A stretch of DNA of 64,000 nt from Phoronis australis (taxonomy: Eukaryota > Animalia > Phoronida). Location of the stretch: assembly GCA_002633005.1 (NCBI GenBank), contig NMRA01000061.1, positions 931,400 through 995,399 on the forward strand, read 5' to 3'. The notes below the pieces were generated by a model that saw nothing but the letters and a program-made list of their open reading frames with translations, did no database searches and was not told where the DNA came from. This document shows positions 13,663 through 25,300 of the stretch, one piece after another; the first letter of the stretch is position 1; each line of letters starts with the position of its first letter. The translations under genes and the position numbers were made by a program.

Positions 13663-13824
13663 ATCCATAGACATGTCTATGGATGTCTGCGGTGCCATCC
13701 AATGAGTTATCACTCCAGCTAAGTTTATCTCGCTATCAGAGCGCCCTCGCATGGTGGATGTCGGAAGCGAAATTTAAAGGCCGTTTCCGGTTCCGTTTCT
13801 TTTCACAACCAGCAACGAGGCAAA
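13663..13824 (+). promoter_or_regulatory. RSL24D1 core promoter / 5' UTR
   Basis: ETS-like CGGAAG/TTCCGG motifs and a pyrimidine tract (ttccgtttcttttcac) lie just upstream of the ATG, with a 22-bp palindrome at 13663-13684. Confidence 0.5.
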
Positions 13825-16800
13825 ATGAGGCTCGAAAAGTGTTATTTTTGTTCATCAACAGTGTACCCAGGGCACGGTATACAGTTCGTTAGAAATGATT
13901 GTAAGGTATGGAAGACTCTAATGAAGCATATTGTGTAATTATATGAGTACAGCTCTTGTGTTTTATTTCCAGTTTCCTGGACCGCGTCGTCACTAGACGT
14001 CAGGTATAGTAGGCAATGACCATCGCCTCTGTTGGCCCAAACCAGAGGCGATGTAGAGGCTATAAGCGCTCTGTACGCCGGAAGCTTTTCGGCGAATTAT
14101 GCCTCGCAGCGACTAAACCATCAAAGCCACATTGTTATAACTCCCTTTTGCGCATAGACGAACACCTTAGGAGGTTGTCGATGTGTTTAAGTTCTTCCAA
14201 CTCGAACAAATACTCCCGTTATGAAACTTTTTCTTCGAGCAGTCCCTATTTCAGTTCCCAAAATCGTGAAATCAACTTTTTCATTTTTTTCACCAGGCCG
14301 AAGGTCAGAAGTTGCGGACCTACCGGCGAACTTTGAAAGCTGAAGTTCCTGCCCTTCGCGTACGTGCTGCCGGGAACCAGCCGTGCATTTGCCGTGTTGT
14401 TAAACATTAAAATGTCAAATATGTGCACAAAGACTATTAAATGTCATATCAACAGCATTTNTGGAAAATCAAAGTTAAGCCGCGAGTTCAATGAGACCTG
14501 TTTGAAAGAAGGGTTACTGCCAGCTTCTGATGTGAAATCTACGGCTAGTCAAACACCAGCAAAATGTCCGGTGAGACACACTGTAGGTGTATCAAATGTA
14601 ATCAGATGCTATGTACTACACAGTTGTTGATATTAGATTTTCAGATTTTGTCGATCCAAATGTCACAAGGCTTTCAAGAAGAAGCGAAATCCCCGCAAAA
14701 CAAAGTGGACGAAGGCATTCAGGAAGGCTGCGGGGAAAGATCTGGCGGTAGACCCAGCATTTGAGTTTGAGAAGAGGAGGCATGAGCCAGTGAAATATGA
14801 TAGACAGCTGTGGAAGAATACAGGTGAGCATGCGGTAGTGTCTGTGGTATTTTTTAAAAATGTTCAGTTTTTAAAATATATATAGGTAAATAAAACAACA
14901 ATAATGGATCAATTTATCGTGTTCATTTCGCCAAATATCAGATGAAAATTTCCGTTGATCCACTATTGTTGTTTTATTTACCTATATATATATTCTAAAT
15001 TTCCTTTGGAGGATCTGGATCGCCTCTTGTAGTTTCAGATTTGTCTTCTACGTTATTCAGTTTTTAAAAACAACACTGGTGATCAACAAAATTAGCGCAG
15101 GTGCTGCTATGAGGCAATGGTTAAAACCTATTTTCTGTGATCGATGGCCAGTCAGGAGGGAATGTAGCTCACTTGCAGGTGTTAATGTACGGTTTGTGAA
15201 AAAAGGTTCAAGACGCTGGCTGAAATTTCTGCAATTTACTTTTGTTTCTTTAAAGTGACATAATCAGTGCAAAAAGTGGTTTTCTGAGATTAGCCCCAGT
15301 GAGAAATGGAACGTGCGACCCTTTCATGCGTGCACTTAGGCGGGGGCCTCAAATGAGCCGCCCCTCATTTGGCGAATTGGGCAAAAAGTTCCGCCTCGAA
15401 GAAACAAAAACACCAAAAAAGTAGAAAAACGAGACAAATGTTCACTAAAAAGGCAGGAACAATCAAAATCAGTGAATCCACAAATCATGGATCTGAACAT
15501 ACCCGTGAATCTTATTGAAAGGTCCACATTCTCAAAAATTCGAGTCCCCCCATGTTTTTGGCTGGGTGCATGCATGCCTTTAGGGGTCGCGAAACGATAA
15601 TGTCTCTTGAACATTTGCTCTGTCTTTTACAGTTAAGGCGGTCAAGAGAATTGAGGAGATCAAAGTTAAAAGACAGAATCAGTTTATTAAGAACAGGTAA
15701 AGATTTTCAGACGGTTACACTGTTATTCCTTTCAGTCGGTGTACATGATGGCGTTATCACTTGCATACGCTCATTAGTAGCCCTTTCATGACATTATTTT
15801 GGGAAACAGTTTTTATCACTGCTTGGAGTATATTGCCGAACGGATGTTTTGTCTAAATAATTCAAACATGAAGTGAGACCTTTCATGACAAAGAAGATGA
15901 AATTGTATGAAATTAAGAGAATACTTATAATAGAAATGATATGTTGATACACAAGTGTGTCCATGATCTGGTACATTATGTTTCATGCGTATGACTTTAT
16001 AGTCCAAGATCGTACTCGGCAACCAATTGATTTGGGCTACAGAGTCTAGTAAAAATTGTAATTTTGAGTAAATACTGGAAGTTTTGAGTTCAGTCGCAAA
16101 CTTTTGAACTTAATGCTGGCGTCACCAGAAGTGCAAACTAGGATTGAATAGTTATCTATGTAAGCCATTTGATTGTACTAGAATGATACGCTATAATGAA
16201 TTCGCACAAATTTAAATAGAATAGAAAATGTAGAACAAAGATGTAGGCTATTTTCTGTGGCTGCATCTTGTAGTATTGTGCGCCTGATACTAGGGAAATT
16301 CACTTTTTCGTCTCGTGAAAGAGGAGAGTTCTGTTCAGGATGGTGCTTTTTCAGTAATGACTTACTGAATTTTGCCTCCCGTTCAATAACGCTAGGACCT
16401 CGCTAAAAAGCAAGACTTTGCGAGGTTACGTGATAAATTGCCGTGTATTTTAAATGAGAACACGTGACTTTGACTAGGTTTTAGCTAGGTCCTAGCGTAG
16501 GTCCTAGCGTCTACTGAACGCACGCCTGGTCTATGGCTCTCTTACATTCACACAAATAGATAACTGTGTTGGATGTCCATGTTGTTGACGTCTGGTGTTT
16601 TTCTATTGCAGATTGAAGAAGGGGAAGGAACTACGGAAGGAAGCTGACATTAAGGAAGTCCAAAAGAACATTCATCTCATCAAATCTCCTGCAGGTGGTG
16701 CTGATAGTATATATTTACAATCAGAGCTCCAGTTTGTGACTGATTTGGGGAGAGTTTAGTGGGCTTAAACCTCTCAGTAAATGACTTCAATGGCGGACAT

Positions 16801-17251
16801 GTTGTCTCCTCTTGTGAATAGGATTTAATATGCCGCGAGAGAAAGAGTAGCCCAACCACCCCATTTCAAAGCAATAATCATGACAAAATAAACAGTTGAA
16901 ACCAAGATGCAAAGTGCAGAATGAATGTGTAGATGAGCAAATCTTTAGCATAAAAGATTCTTTAGACATGTGCCGTGTGACGGTGCCGAAGTTAAATATC
17001 ACCACCTAAATGCAAATTATAAATCTGGTTACACTATCACATGTTATCTGTGATGTCACCAAATGTTTACGATCCATCAACCACCCCACAATGCATTTGA
17101 AAAACTTCAGCAGTGCAAATTGTAATTCACTGTCACTCAATTTCGTCGATGCTAAATGAATTGTTTTCTTTTTACAGCAAAATCGGCAAAGCTGGAGAAG
17201 AAGCTGGTGCAAGTCATCGAAGAATCCGACGAGGAAATGGACGCTAATTAG
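13825..17251 (+). CDS. RSL24D1: Ribosome biogenesis protein RLP24 (RSL24D1); exons 13825-13905, 14637-14823, 15633-15696, 16612-16694, 17178-17251
   Basis: Spliced product [27 protein letters not shown]|[62 protein letters not shown]|[11 protein letters not shown]...[10 protein letters not shown]|...EEMDAN*. It matches the RLP24 family; all introns are GT-AG with consistent phases. Confidence 0.96.
14010..14460 (+). mobile_element. Left half of the same AcademH-like family in RSL24D1 intron 1, cut at the N at 14461
   Basis: Starts TAGGCAATGACCATCGCCTCTG and is colinear with 45379-45850. Confidence 0.85.
14876..14991. repeat. Hairpin mini-element in RSL24D1 intron 2 (37-bp arms, 1 mismatch, 42-nt spacer)
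   Basis: atatatataggtaaataaaacaacaataatggatcaa ... ttgatccactattgttgttttatttacctatatatat. Confidence 0.85.
16380..16529. mobile_element. Copy of the ~150-bp fold-back repeat in RSL24D1 intron 3
   Basis: Colinear with 6326-6474. Confidence 0.75.
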
Positions 17252-19306
17252 GGCCACGATGTGAATTTTACATAATTAAGAGCTATGTCTCTACATTATT
17301 TGGCTCATGATTTTTGTAATGTTGGGGAAGTGCAAGCGTATTCGCTGCCACCATCTTGACTCTAGTGGTTATAACACATACAGTACTAAGCAAATTAATC
17401 AGATATATTCGATTTCATGACTTGTTATCCCGACTACTCCTGCAGGGAATTCTGCTTGTACTCAGTTGCATGGTGGGTAATTCCTCTCACGGTGGCTAGT
17501 CGTAACAGGAAATTTCAGGTCATTATGTCCAACAATTTTTGGAAAGTACTGTAGTGTATGAAGATAACATGGGTAGCGCATGCAGTCGTATTTTAAATTA
17601 TAAAAAATATTCATGCTACATACCAGTGACCTTTGGTAATCCTTGCCCTATTTTTCCCTGGTACAGATGCCTGTGTGTGTTATAGTTCAGATTTTGTTGC
17701 ATCTTGTGGGGAGGTAAACGTTCTACATCAAGGTAAGAGTTCAGCAGACTGAAGTAAGGGTTTGTGTCCCTTTTCTGGAGAGTAAACTGTTTTTCTAATA
17801 TCAAATTCTTTGAAAACTTCAGCCATAAAACTATTAATCAGAGTAGAGTTCCTCAATCACTGCAATGAGAAGGTCGGTTGCTGTTCATTTGTCTTCTTTC
17901 AGTTTGAAGTTGGCAGCTTGACCTCATTAGAGCTGTGTTAACTTCATGGTACAAGCTTACCATTGTATTGCACAGTATTGTAAAGCAGAGTGCAAAGGGT
18001 CTGAGATATGCCACTTTATTCACTCCATTTCCTGCAGTTTGAATTTTTTGTGATCTCGGGTTGACCTAGTTAGCACTGCATCAGATGTGGGTCACGTGTC
18101 TTGGGATTTTGGTAATCAGCTCAAGATAAGTGCGGGGCATTGATTAGAAATAAACCAGAATAAAGTGGTTGTGTATTGTTTATTAATTTTCCATGACAAT
18201 CCACCTGTACCAAAGTTCATTACATCTTAGTCACAAGTAATTACAAGTAGTTCCCATTACACATGGTTGTTGTATGCGATAAAAAGATATGCAACTTCCA
18301 TTTGATTTGTCGATCCAGAACAGCCGTTAGAAGGCAGTGCTGTTGTTGGAAGTTTAACAGTCTCTAAAATGACTAGCAAATCACAGGAAAAGAAACGCTC
18401 GTGTGAAACTGCATCGTTGTGTCACATTTTTCACTGCACTAGCACAATATTAGAACAGGATTATCAATACCCAGGTATCTAATAGGTACGGATACACCCC
18501 CAACATCACTCCCAGGAAAGATGCTCACAATTGCGCTGGATATTTATTAACAAACTCTCGTTAATTAATGAAAATTTCATGTAACGAAATTTGAAATCTG
18601 GGCTGATTTTGCTAGACCACAAGAGGTAAGCTTATACTTGTGATGAAAAATCTTCACTCGTGGTGAATTCAATCCCACAATGCAACACTCCAACCACACC
18701 CAACCAGTCACTTTAGTTGCCATTGTGCTAGGATATTCCAGTAAGCTCTTTTTGAGACGTTGTTTGCCTCACAAGAAAGTAGGCCTGCACAATGTTCTGT
18801 GTCTGGACATCTTCGTATTTCAAACTAGACTGGAGAATGAGTCGACTGCATGTCAAACTTAAAACTTCTATGCGAATGATGCAATGCAATGCAATTGGTT
18901 GAGTGTAAGCAAGGGAATAAGACTGGAACCTGGTCTCGAAGAAAGTCCAAAAGGGCAGTACCATGCTCTTCCCAATAGGGGCTCACATCCAACACCTTCC
19001 AGCATGTGTGTAGACCAGTCTTGACACTCATCTTTGGCCAGTCTTTCCCTATCGGGTCATTCGTTCGTTTAAGGAGGAAAGTGCCTGTTTTGCAGGCGTT
19101 ATGGTCCAATTTGTTATAATTGCTTAAAACCGTAAAAAATATTTTCTCCATACAGGAATGGTGATGCTATTATCAAGACACATCATTCAAACTGTCTAAA
19201 TCCATTTAATCACTGTTGTTTTATTACAAGTCAAATAGTGAACTGTTATGTATTGTACTGACTTGGAGGCTGGGACCTAGTCTTGCCATGCATCTCGACC
19301 TTTGAA

Positions 19307-19498
19307 CATGCTCACCAGAGTGGACAAGTTACAGAACCAAGAGATGTTTGCAACATGCTCACCAGAGTGGACAAGTTACAGAACCAAGAGATGTTTGCAT
19401 CATGCTCACCAGAGTGGACAAGTTACAGAACCAAGACATGTTTGCATCATGCTCACCAGAGTGGACAAGTTACAGAACCAAGAGATGTTTGCAACATG
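19307..19498. repeat. Minisatellite 47 bp x4
   Basis: catgctcaccagagtggacaagttacagaaccaagagatgtttgca(a/t), contiguous and near-identical. Confidence 0.95.
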
Positions 19499-19953
19499 TT
19501 TACTGTGTCCCACTTCTGGATTTGAAAAAAATGTTTTCTCAAGCCGAGAAGTGAATTGGAAGAGAAGACTTGCTAGCAATTCATGGTTAAAGCAAAAAAG
19601 ACAATAGATGGCCATTTTGCGTCTTGTATGTTTTCTTTGAAAATTTGTATCATTTTTTGCAGAAGAGCTCGGGTGTACATTTGAAAAAATATCAGTCGAG
19701 GGATCAAAAGTCAAATATACGCCTGGAAGTTAGAGATATATGCTCGGGTGTATCAATACTACAGCCAGTGCACAAATTAAACTTTCACACGACATTTTCT
19801 TGCATATTTTCCCCAGATGTTCACCCAGGGAGGGTCTAACTCCAGATTTTTCATTAAATAGCCTGGCTGAGTATATTATCTAAAGACGAGTCTTTCTAAA
19901 AGAAAACTCTGATACTCCTTCGTTGAGGTTATAACAAAGGTGCATAGTATGGT

Positions 19954-20111
19954 CACGGGCGGATCCAGGATTTTGAGTTAGGGGGGCCATGGCAGAGTAT
20001 TAGCCAGGATTTTGCCCGATAGACATTCGCACTCCCGTATTGCCAAATGGAATCTGGGAGAATTTTAGGGGGGGCCATGGCCCCATTGGCCCCCCTCTAA
20101 ATCCACCACTG
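19954..20111 (-). mobile_element. MITE, same family, 5-bp TSD ATGGT
   Basis: Reverse complement of 10601-10745; ATGGT on both sides. Confidence 0.85.
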
Positions 20112-20187
20112 ATGGTTACGTAAATTTCTATATGAAATTTTTCGTATTTAAAATAATTTAAAGTGCCAGACCAAATTTCCACATTAA

Positions 20188-20858
20188 GTTGGGACGCTAC
20201 GCTGATTTTTCAAATTCTCGTTAAATAAAAACCGATAAAGATAATTCTTTGAAATTTGGACTGTGTTTACATTCTACCAAGATGAGCTTAAAAACACCTT
20301 TTGCTGTTGTTGTGATAAATGGGGTCAAGACTAGGAGTGAAAAGCTGAAAATTAAACTTCGCAATTTGCCCCCAACAGATTTTTTTTTCTTTTTCGTTTT
20401 TTAACATGTTCAGAGGTTTATTATGTTGTTAGAAGGCTATTCAACGCAATAGTGACATTTTCATCAATGAAAACAATTTTCAACAACTATCTGAGAGTTG
20501 CAGAATTCATCACATTTTTTCAGAACCCGGTTATCTCCACTAATCATGACAAAACTCAGAAACCATAGATATTACAAACTTCTAACATGCACCATTGCAT
20601 TCAGTAGCCTTTTTACATACACATGCCAAGTAGGGGGTGTATTACCTATTTTTCTCTTTAGGAGACTAAATGCGTTCAAACCAAAATTTTTTGGAAGGGT
20701 ACGTTTGAAAAACCTAGGAATTCAATAAAAAGGGTTAGTTTTATCACTTCTTGGACCACAGAATATTGATTTAGGATGATTATAAGGATCAAAATTGAGA
20801 AAATCTCAAATTGTCAAAATAACATCAAAAATGGTAAAATCGTTTGTAGCGTCCCACC
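20188..20858. mobile_element. Non-autonomous TTAA-specific DNA transposon (Kolobok-like)
   Basis: TTAA|GTTGGGACGCTAC...GTAGCGTCCCACC|TTAA. The 13-bp TIR has 1 mismatch, and the termini are G-starting rather than the CCC of piggyBac. Confidence 0.75.
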
Positions 20859-22399
20859 TTAAATGCCTTAATTAAAAAGTTAATGTTTCTTTGATGAACA
20901 ACAAAGGGGCTTTAAAACAAAAGAAGTTCAAGCAATGGGGATGGCTACAAAATCAAGTCTAAAAGTGTTTAATCATTATCAAGTAAGCACTCCTTGAAAT
21001 CAAAGTTTCAAAGTACCAGAACACTCCAAGGGAGAATAAATAATTATATTTCTTGAAACCACACCACCACACTTTGGCACATTTAGATTAAAAACGCGAC
21101 ATTTACTCCTACATATGTACATTGTGACCTTAAAATAATTAATATATCCAACACTTCATTATCCACTGCAACCTTTAAGTTCCAGCAAAATTAAAAAGAC
21201 TACAACATTTTCCAATGGACAACACGGTAAGAATTCCCGAGTCTGGGACACAATATGTCGAACAGGTGAAATTTCATTTTGTCAAAATTAATCTACAAAC
21301 AACTATTCGTGACCTCTTTTACCAAGGTTTGTGCAGCATAGTTATCAATTCAACATTTGGTAAAATTTTGATGATTTATACCAATTTGGAAAGCCTCTGA
21401 AAAATAGAAATATGTCAATTTTAGCAATTATTTCTATCCCAAATTTAAGAATTCCATATTCCACTTTCGTAAAAGATTACATGCAAGTATGACACAGGGT
21501 GACTGTAATGCACGTAACCATGGTTACAGTAGTTTTCAAAAAGACCCTTCTCATCGACTGAAATAAAGCAAAACTACAAACCAAAATTTTTAAATCATTT
21601 AAAGGTTATCCTTCGTCTGATTTCCTTCTGGGTTTCTGTCATAACATCGATGAAGCCACTCAAAATTCGTCAACTTTTTTGAAAACATCCTAGCATACAG
21701 AGTGAAAGAGAACACATGGCAAAAATAAAACTGAGCCGGTCAATTTTTGTATAACACCTTCCATTGTTGTCACAGAGAACATACATGAATCCAGGAATCC
21801 ATAATGTCACAGGGATGGAAAACCCTTGAAAACATTTGCCAGATCTGTCCAGTAGCACGCTATCACAAAAATTGAACAGAACGTTGAGATTGATACCAAC
21901 CTGACAAAAAATCCAGTTCAGTTATCTTCTTATTTATCGACTTAAGGTTATGTAGCAGCCTAGAAACATATCCAAATTTGACTAACTTCAGAACACCATA
22001 TCTCAGAAATGGCTGGTCAGAGCCATATGCAACTTTAAGAGACCATGCTTTATGCATAGTTCTCCAAAACGCTATTAGGAATTATTTTTAAAATGTTCTT
22101 CCTTTCCACGAGGGGCTATCAAAAAGTAAAAATTTTACGATTTTAATCACACGGACATCGTTGTTTTGCTATCCAAGTCCCTTTCGTTTTTGCAAAATTT
22201 GCTACAAAGACACGGTCACGTGACCACAAAATAAAAACATACCGAGTCAAAATCTATAGCTTTATACAAGCAGATATTTGGCTGACTACGCAGACATGTC
22301 AATAAGGTCCTACAAACTTTAACCAGCATGGAAGAGCAGTTTTAACTCGCATTATGACTGGGCGAGAATGAGCTACCTATGCAGAGATGGTTGGGCTCT

Positions 22400-25300
22400 C
22401 TATATATCAATGAGCGTGTCTGTCTCTGGATCGACATTGAAGTCCCCACCTGACCCATTGGTCTCACCTGCAAAAGACATACAGAGCTACCTGAGCATTG
22501 AACAATATTCAGCCAGCCAGATTATTGTCCAGGGTGTTACAATAATTAAGGTTAAGAAGGACCCTAAGAAAAAATGTCTAGATTTGGCTAATTTTGGAAT
22601 GAACTTCAAATTTTAGAAATGGCTATCAGATTCATATGAAAGTTTTGCTTTATGCAACGTCCTTCAAAATGTTGGTTGAAAAAAATTGGACAAGGCCTAT
22701 CTCCATTAAGAATGCTTTCAATTTGTATATACCCTGAAACCATACAACCTGTGCGAATGGCATCTTTCTCACCTTCAATATCCGAAAAGTCCAACCTACT
22801 TCGGTGCTGCCTCCTTTTATCCGAGGTGAGAATACTACGGTTGGTGTCCCTTTTCCGCTGCGAAAGAGGCGAGTTGGCAAGTAAAATGGAGTCATCACCA
22901 TCCAGGTCTGCAGCCGTAAAAATATCACGATCACTCTTCAATTTATCTCTGACGGACACGTGAGAATTTATTTCATAACAGTAATGACACGTGAACCTAT
23001 TATTTCGTAACACGGTTTAGAATGGTCCAGTTCCAATAAAGATTACATTTTATAGACAAGTTTTATGTAGACTACAAGCAGTGCCAAGAATGGCAGATTT
23101 TGCAAGGCGAAAATCTGTTAGCTAACTGAAGAAGCAAATGAAAAACATAGAAGACGTAATCTAAAAACATGAAATGAAAAATATCAGTAAGACCCGTCTT
23201 CACGAGCAAAGTTCTACGAAATTCTTCTTTTTAGTCACTCTGTTTGGTGGAGAGCTCAGTGGAGTACCTCACCTATTTGAATCGGTGACTGATTTGACCT
23301 CAATCGCTCAAGTAAACTACCACATACAGTTATGTTGAAAATATCCCTTTCCATTATTTTTACCAGTTTTGAACACACAAAGAGTTCTGCGTGTATTTGC
23401 ACTTCATCAAAAGTGAACTTCAATGCCATTTCAATGTGGCAGCCACTTTGATGAACCACCACCAGAAATAATAGAATCGTTTTAAAAATTTCATATTTCA
23501 TACGGGTTATTTTGAAAACCTCCAATAATACGTCTCGAAAGAGGTTCACTAGGGATCAACTAAAGTGGATTGGGTTACCGCCAAATTCTTTGTCTTTGGA
23601 AGTGTTCTTACTTGACACAGGCGGAAAGAGTAACTTTAAGAGACAAATTATTGGAGAATTGGAAGAGGGTGCAGATACACCGCAGCAAACACAAAGCATC
23701 TTGGGGCTGAAGAAAGATACAGGAAAAGAGCTCGACAGTAGGTGTGTAAAACAAGTAACGTGAAAACTAACAAATTACAAAAGAAAATGGGGAAACCTAC
23801 CAAGTAGACCTGGTATGTTGTCTAGAGTAGTAAAGTCGTCAGTTGAATCGAGCACTTCTGCAAAGACGAGATCAAATTGAGCAGAAGCAAAAAGAAGCCT
23901 ATAAATACGAACTGAAATGTTTGCTTATCACCCCCTGTATATTTTAATAACTGGGTCTTCATGGTTATAAAGTAGTGTTTAAAAAGATATGAAATGGGGG
24001 AAAAGAACGTTTTTAATATTAAGACATGGTTATGAAAACATAAGCAGTAACTCCCATCAAAACTACGATGAATGTCAGGTTTGGAACTTGCTTCTCTGTG
24101 TACATTTAACAGATTTAACACTAACTGGCTTAGGTACACTGTAGGGGGAAGGAAATAATACACTAAAGTTATCACAATTATTAAGGCTGAAAAACGATGA
24201 ACAATTTGTGAGACCAATTGCTAGTGCTTTGTACAATATTGACATAGACCTTCACTTCAGTAATGATACTAAAACATTTACAATTTTCACTGCAAGCTGG
24301 CCATACTCGCCCAGTAAATGACCTCAATTTCATGATTGATTTGATGGAGGCAAAAACCTTCAATTACACTTTGGTTTCAGAAAAAACAAGCACATGTAAA
24401 AGACATTCAGCTTAATAATGTTAATAAATAACATGCTATACATACTGAAGAAATCAGCATTGGTGTGTCGTGGCAAATGTTCTTTTGACATTCTTCCGTC
24501 TGCCTTGAATATGTGTGAGGAATGACTCTGGCCTCTGTTGGGAAAACCTGGCTCTGTGCTCAGTCGTGGTGACTGTGCTAACCGTCCGGGCATGTCTGAC
24601 GTTCGCGTGTGTTCATGAGGCACAGACGCTGCAGGAGAAGAAACAGCTGGAGATCCCAGGGCATCGAGGTCAAGTTTAAACCTCCTCTCTTGACCAACAG
24701 GAGCTCTGTCGCTGGGTTTTTCGATGTTTCCGTTTCCATCCCGACCTGGCAAACTTGCGGGCTCTCCATCTAATTCTTTTCCATATTCTCCCTTTTCCGG
24801 ACTCCTTGTCAGAAACCGACTGTCAAGAAATTTACTATTCCAACTACCCCCCACTGTCAAATCTTTGAATCTGTCCCGGAGAGAGTTAACAGACGCACTA
24901 TGTTCTGTGTCTTCACTTTCTAATATATCTTCGCTTCGGGCAGAATTAAGTTTTAGTTTCTTATAGCGCGAGATGATGTCGTCAGCTGTGATCGACCTCT
25001 CCGAGTCAGAACCATCTTTCGACCGCTTCGTTCCTTGAGACTTCAGTTCAACCAATGGTGGTGACACATCCCCGAGATCAAAGCCACCAACGTCATGTTT
25101 GCTTTTGACCTCCACGTCAGACTTCTCTACCCANTACGATTGGTGTCCCTTTTCCGTTGCGAAAGAGGCGAGTTGGCAAGTAAAATGGAGTCATCACCAT
25201 CCAGGTCTGCAGCCGTAAAAATATCACGATCACTCTTCACTTTACCTCACAATATGACGGACACGTGAGAATTTATTTCATAACAGAAATGACACATGAA

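Noticed and set aside
18825-19151. 108-aa ATG-initiated ORF (MEKIFFTVLS...)
   Set aside because: No recognisable family or convincing gene structure; needs BLAST or RNA-seq before any call.
19283-19714. Overlapping ORFs with repeated peptides
   Set aside because: Products of the 47-bp minisatellite; no spacers and no homology.
24360-25115. Apparent paralogous gene of ORF 26663-27865
   Set aside because: Part of the haplotype overlap at N 25134; it is a HAUS6 exon, not a separate gene.
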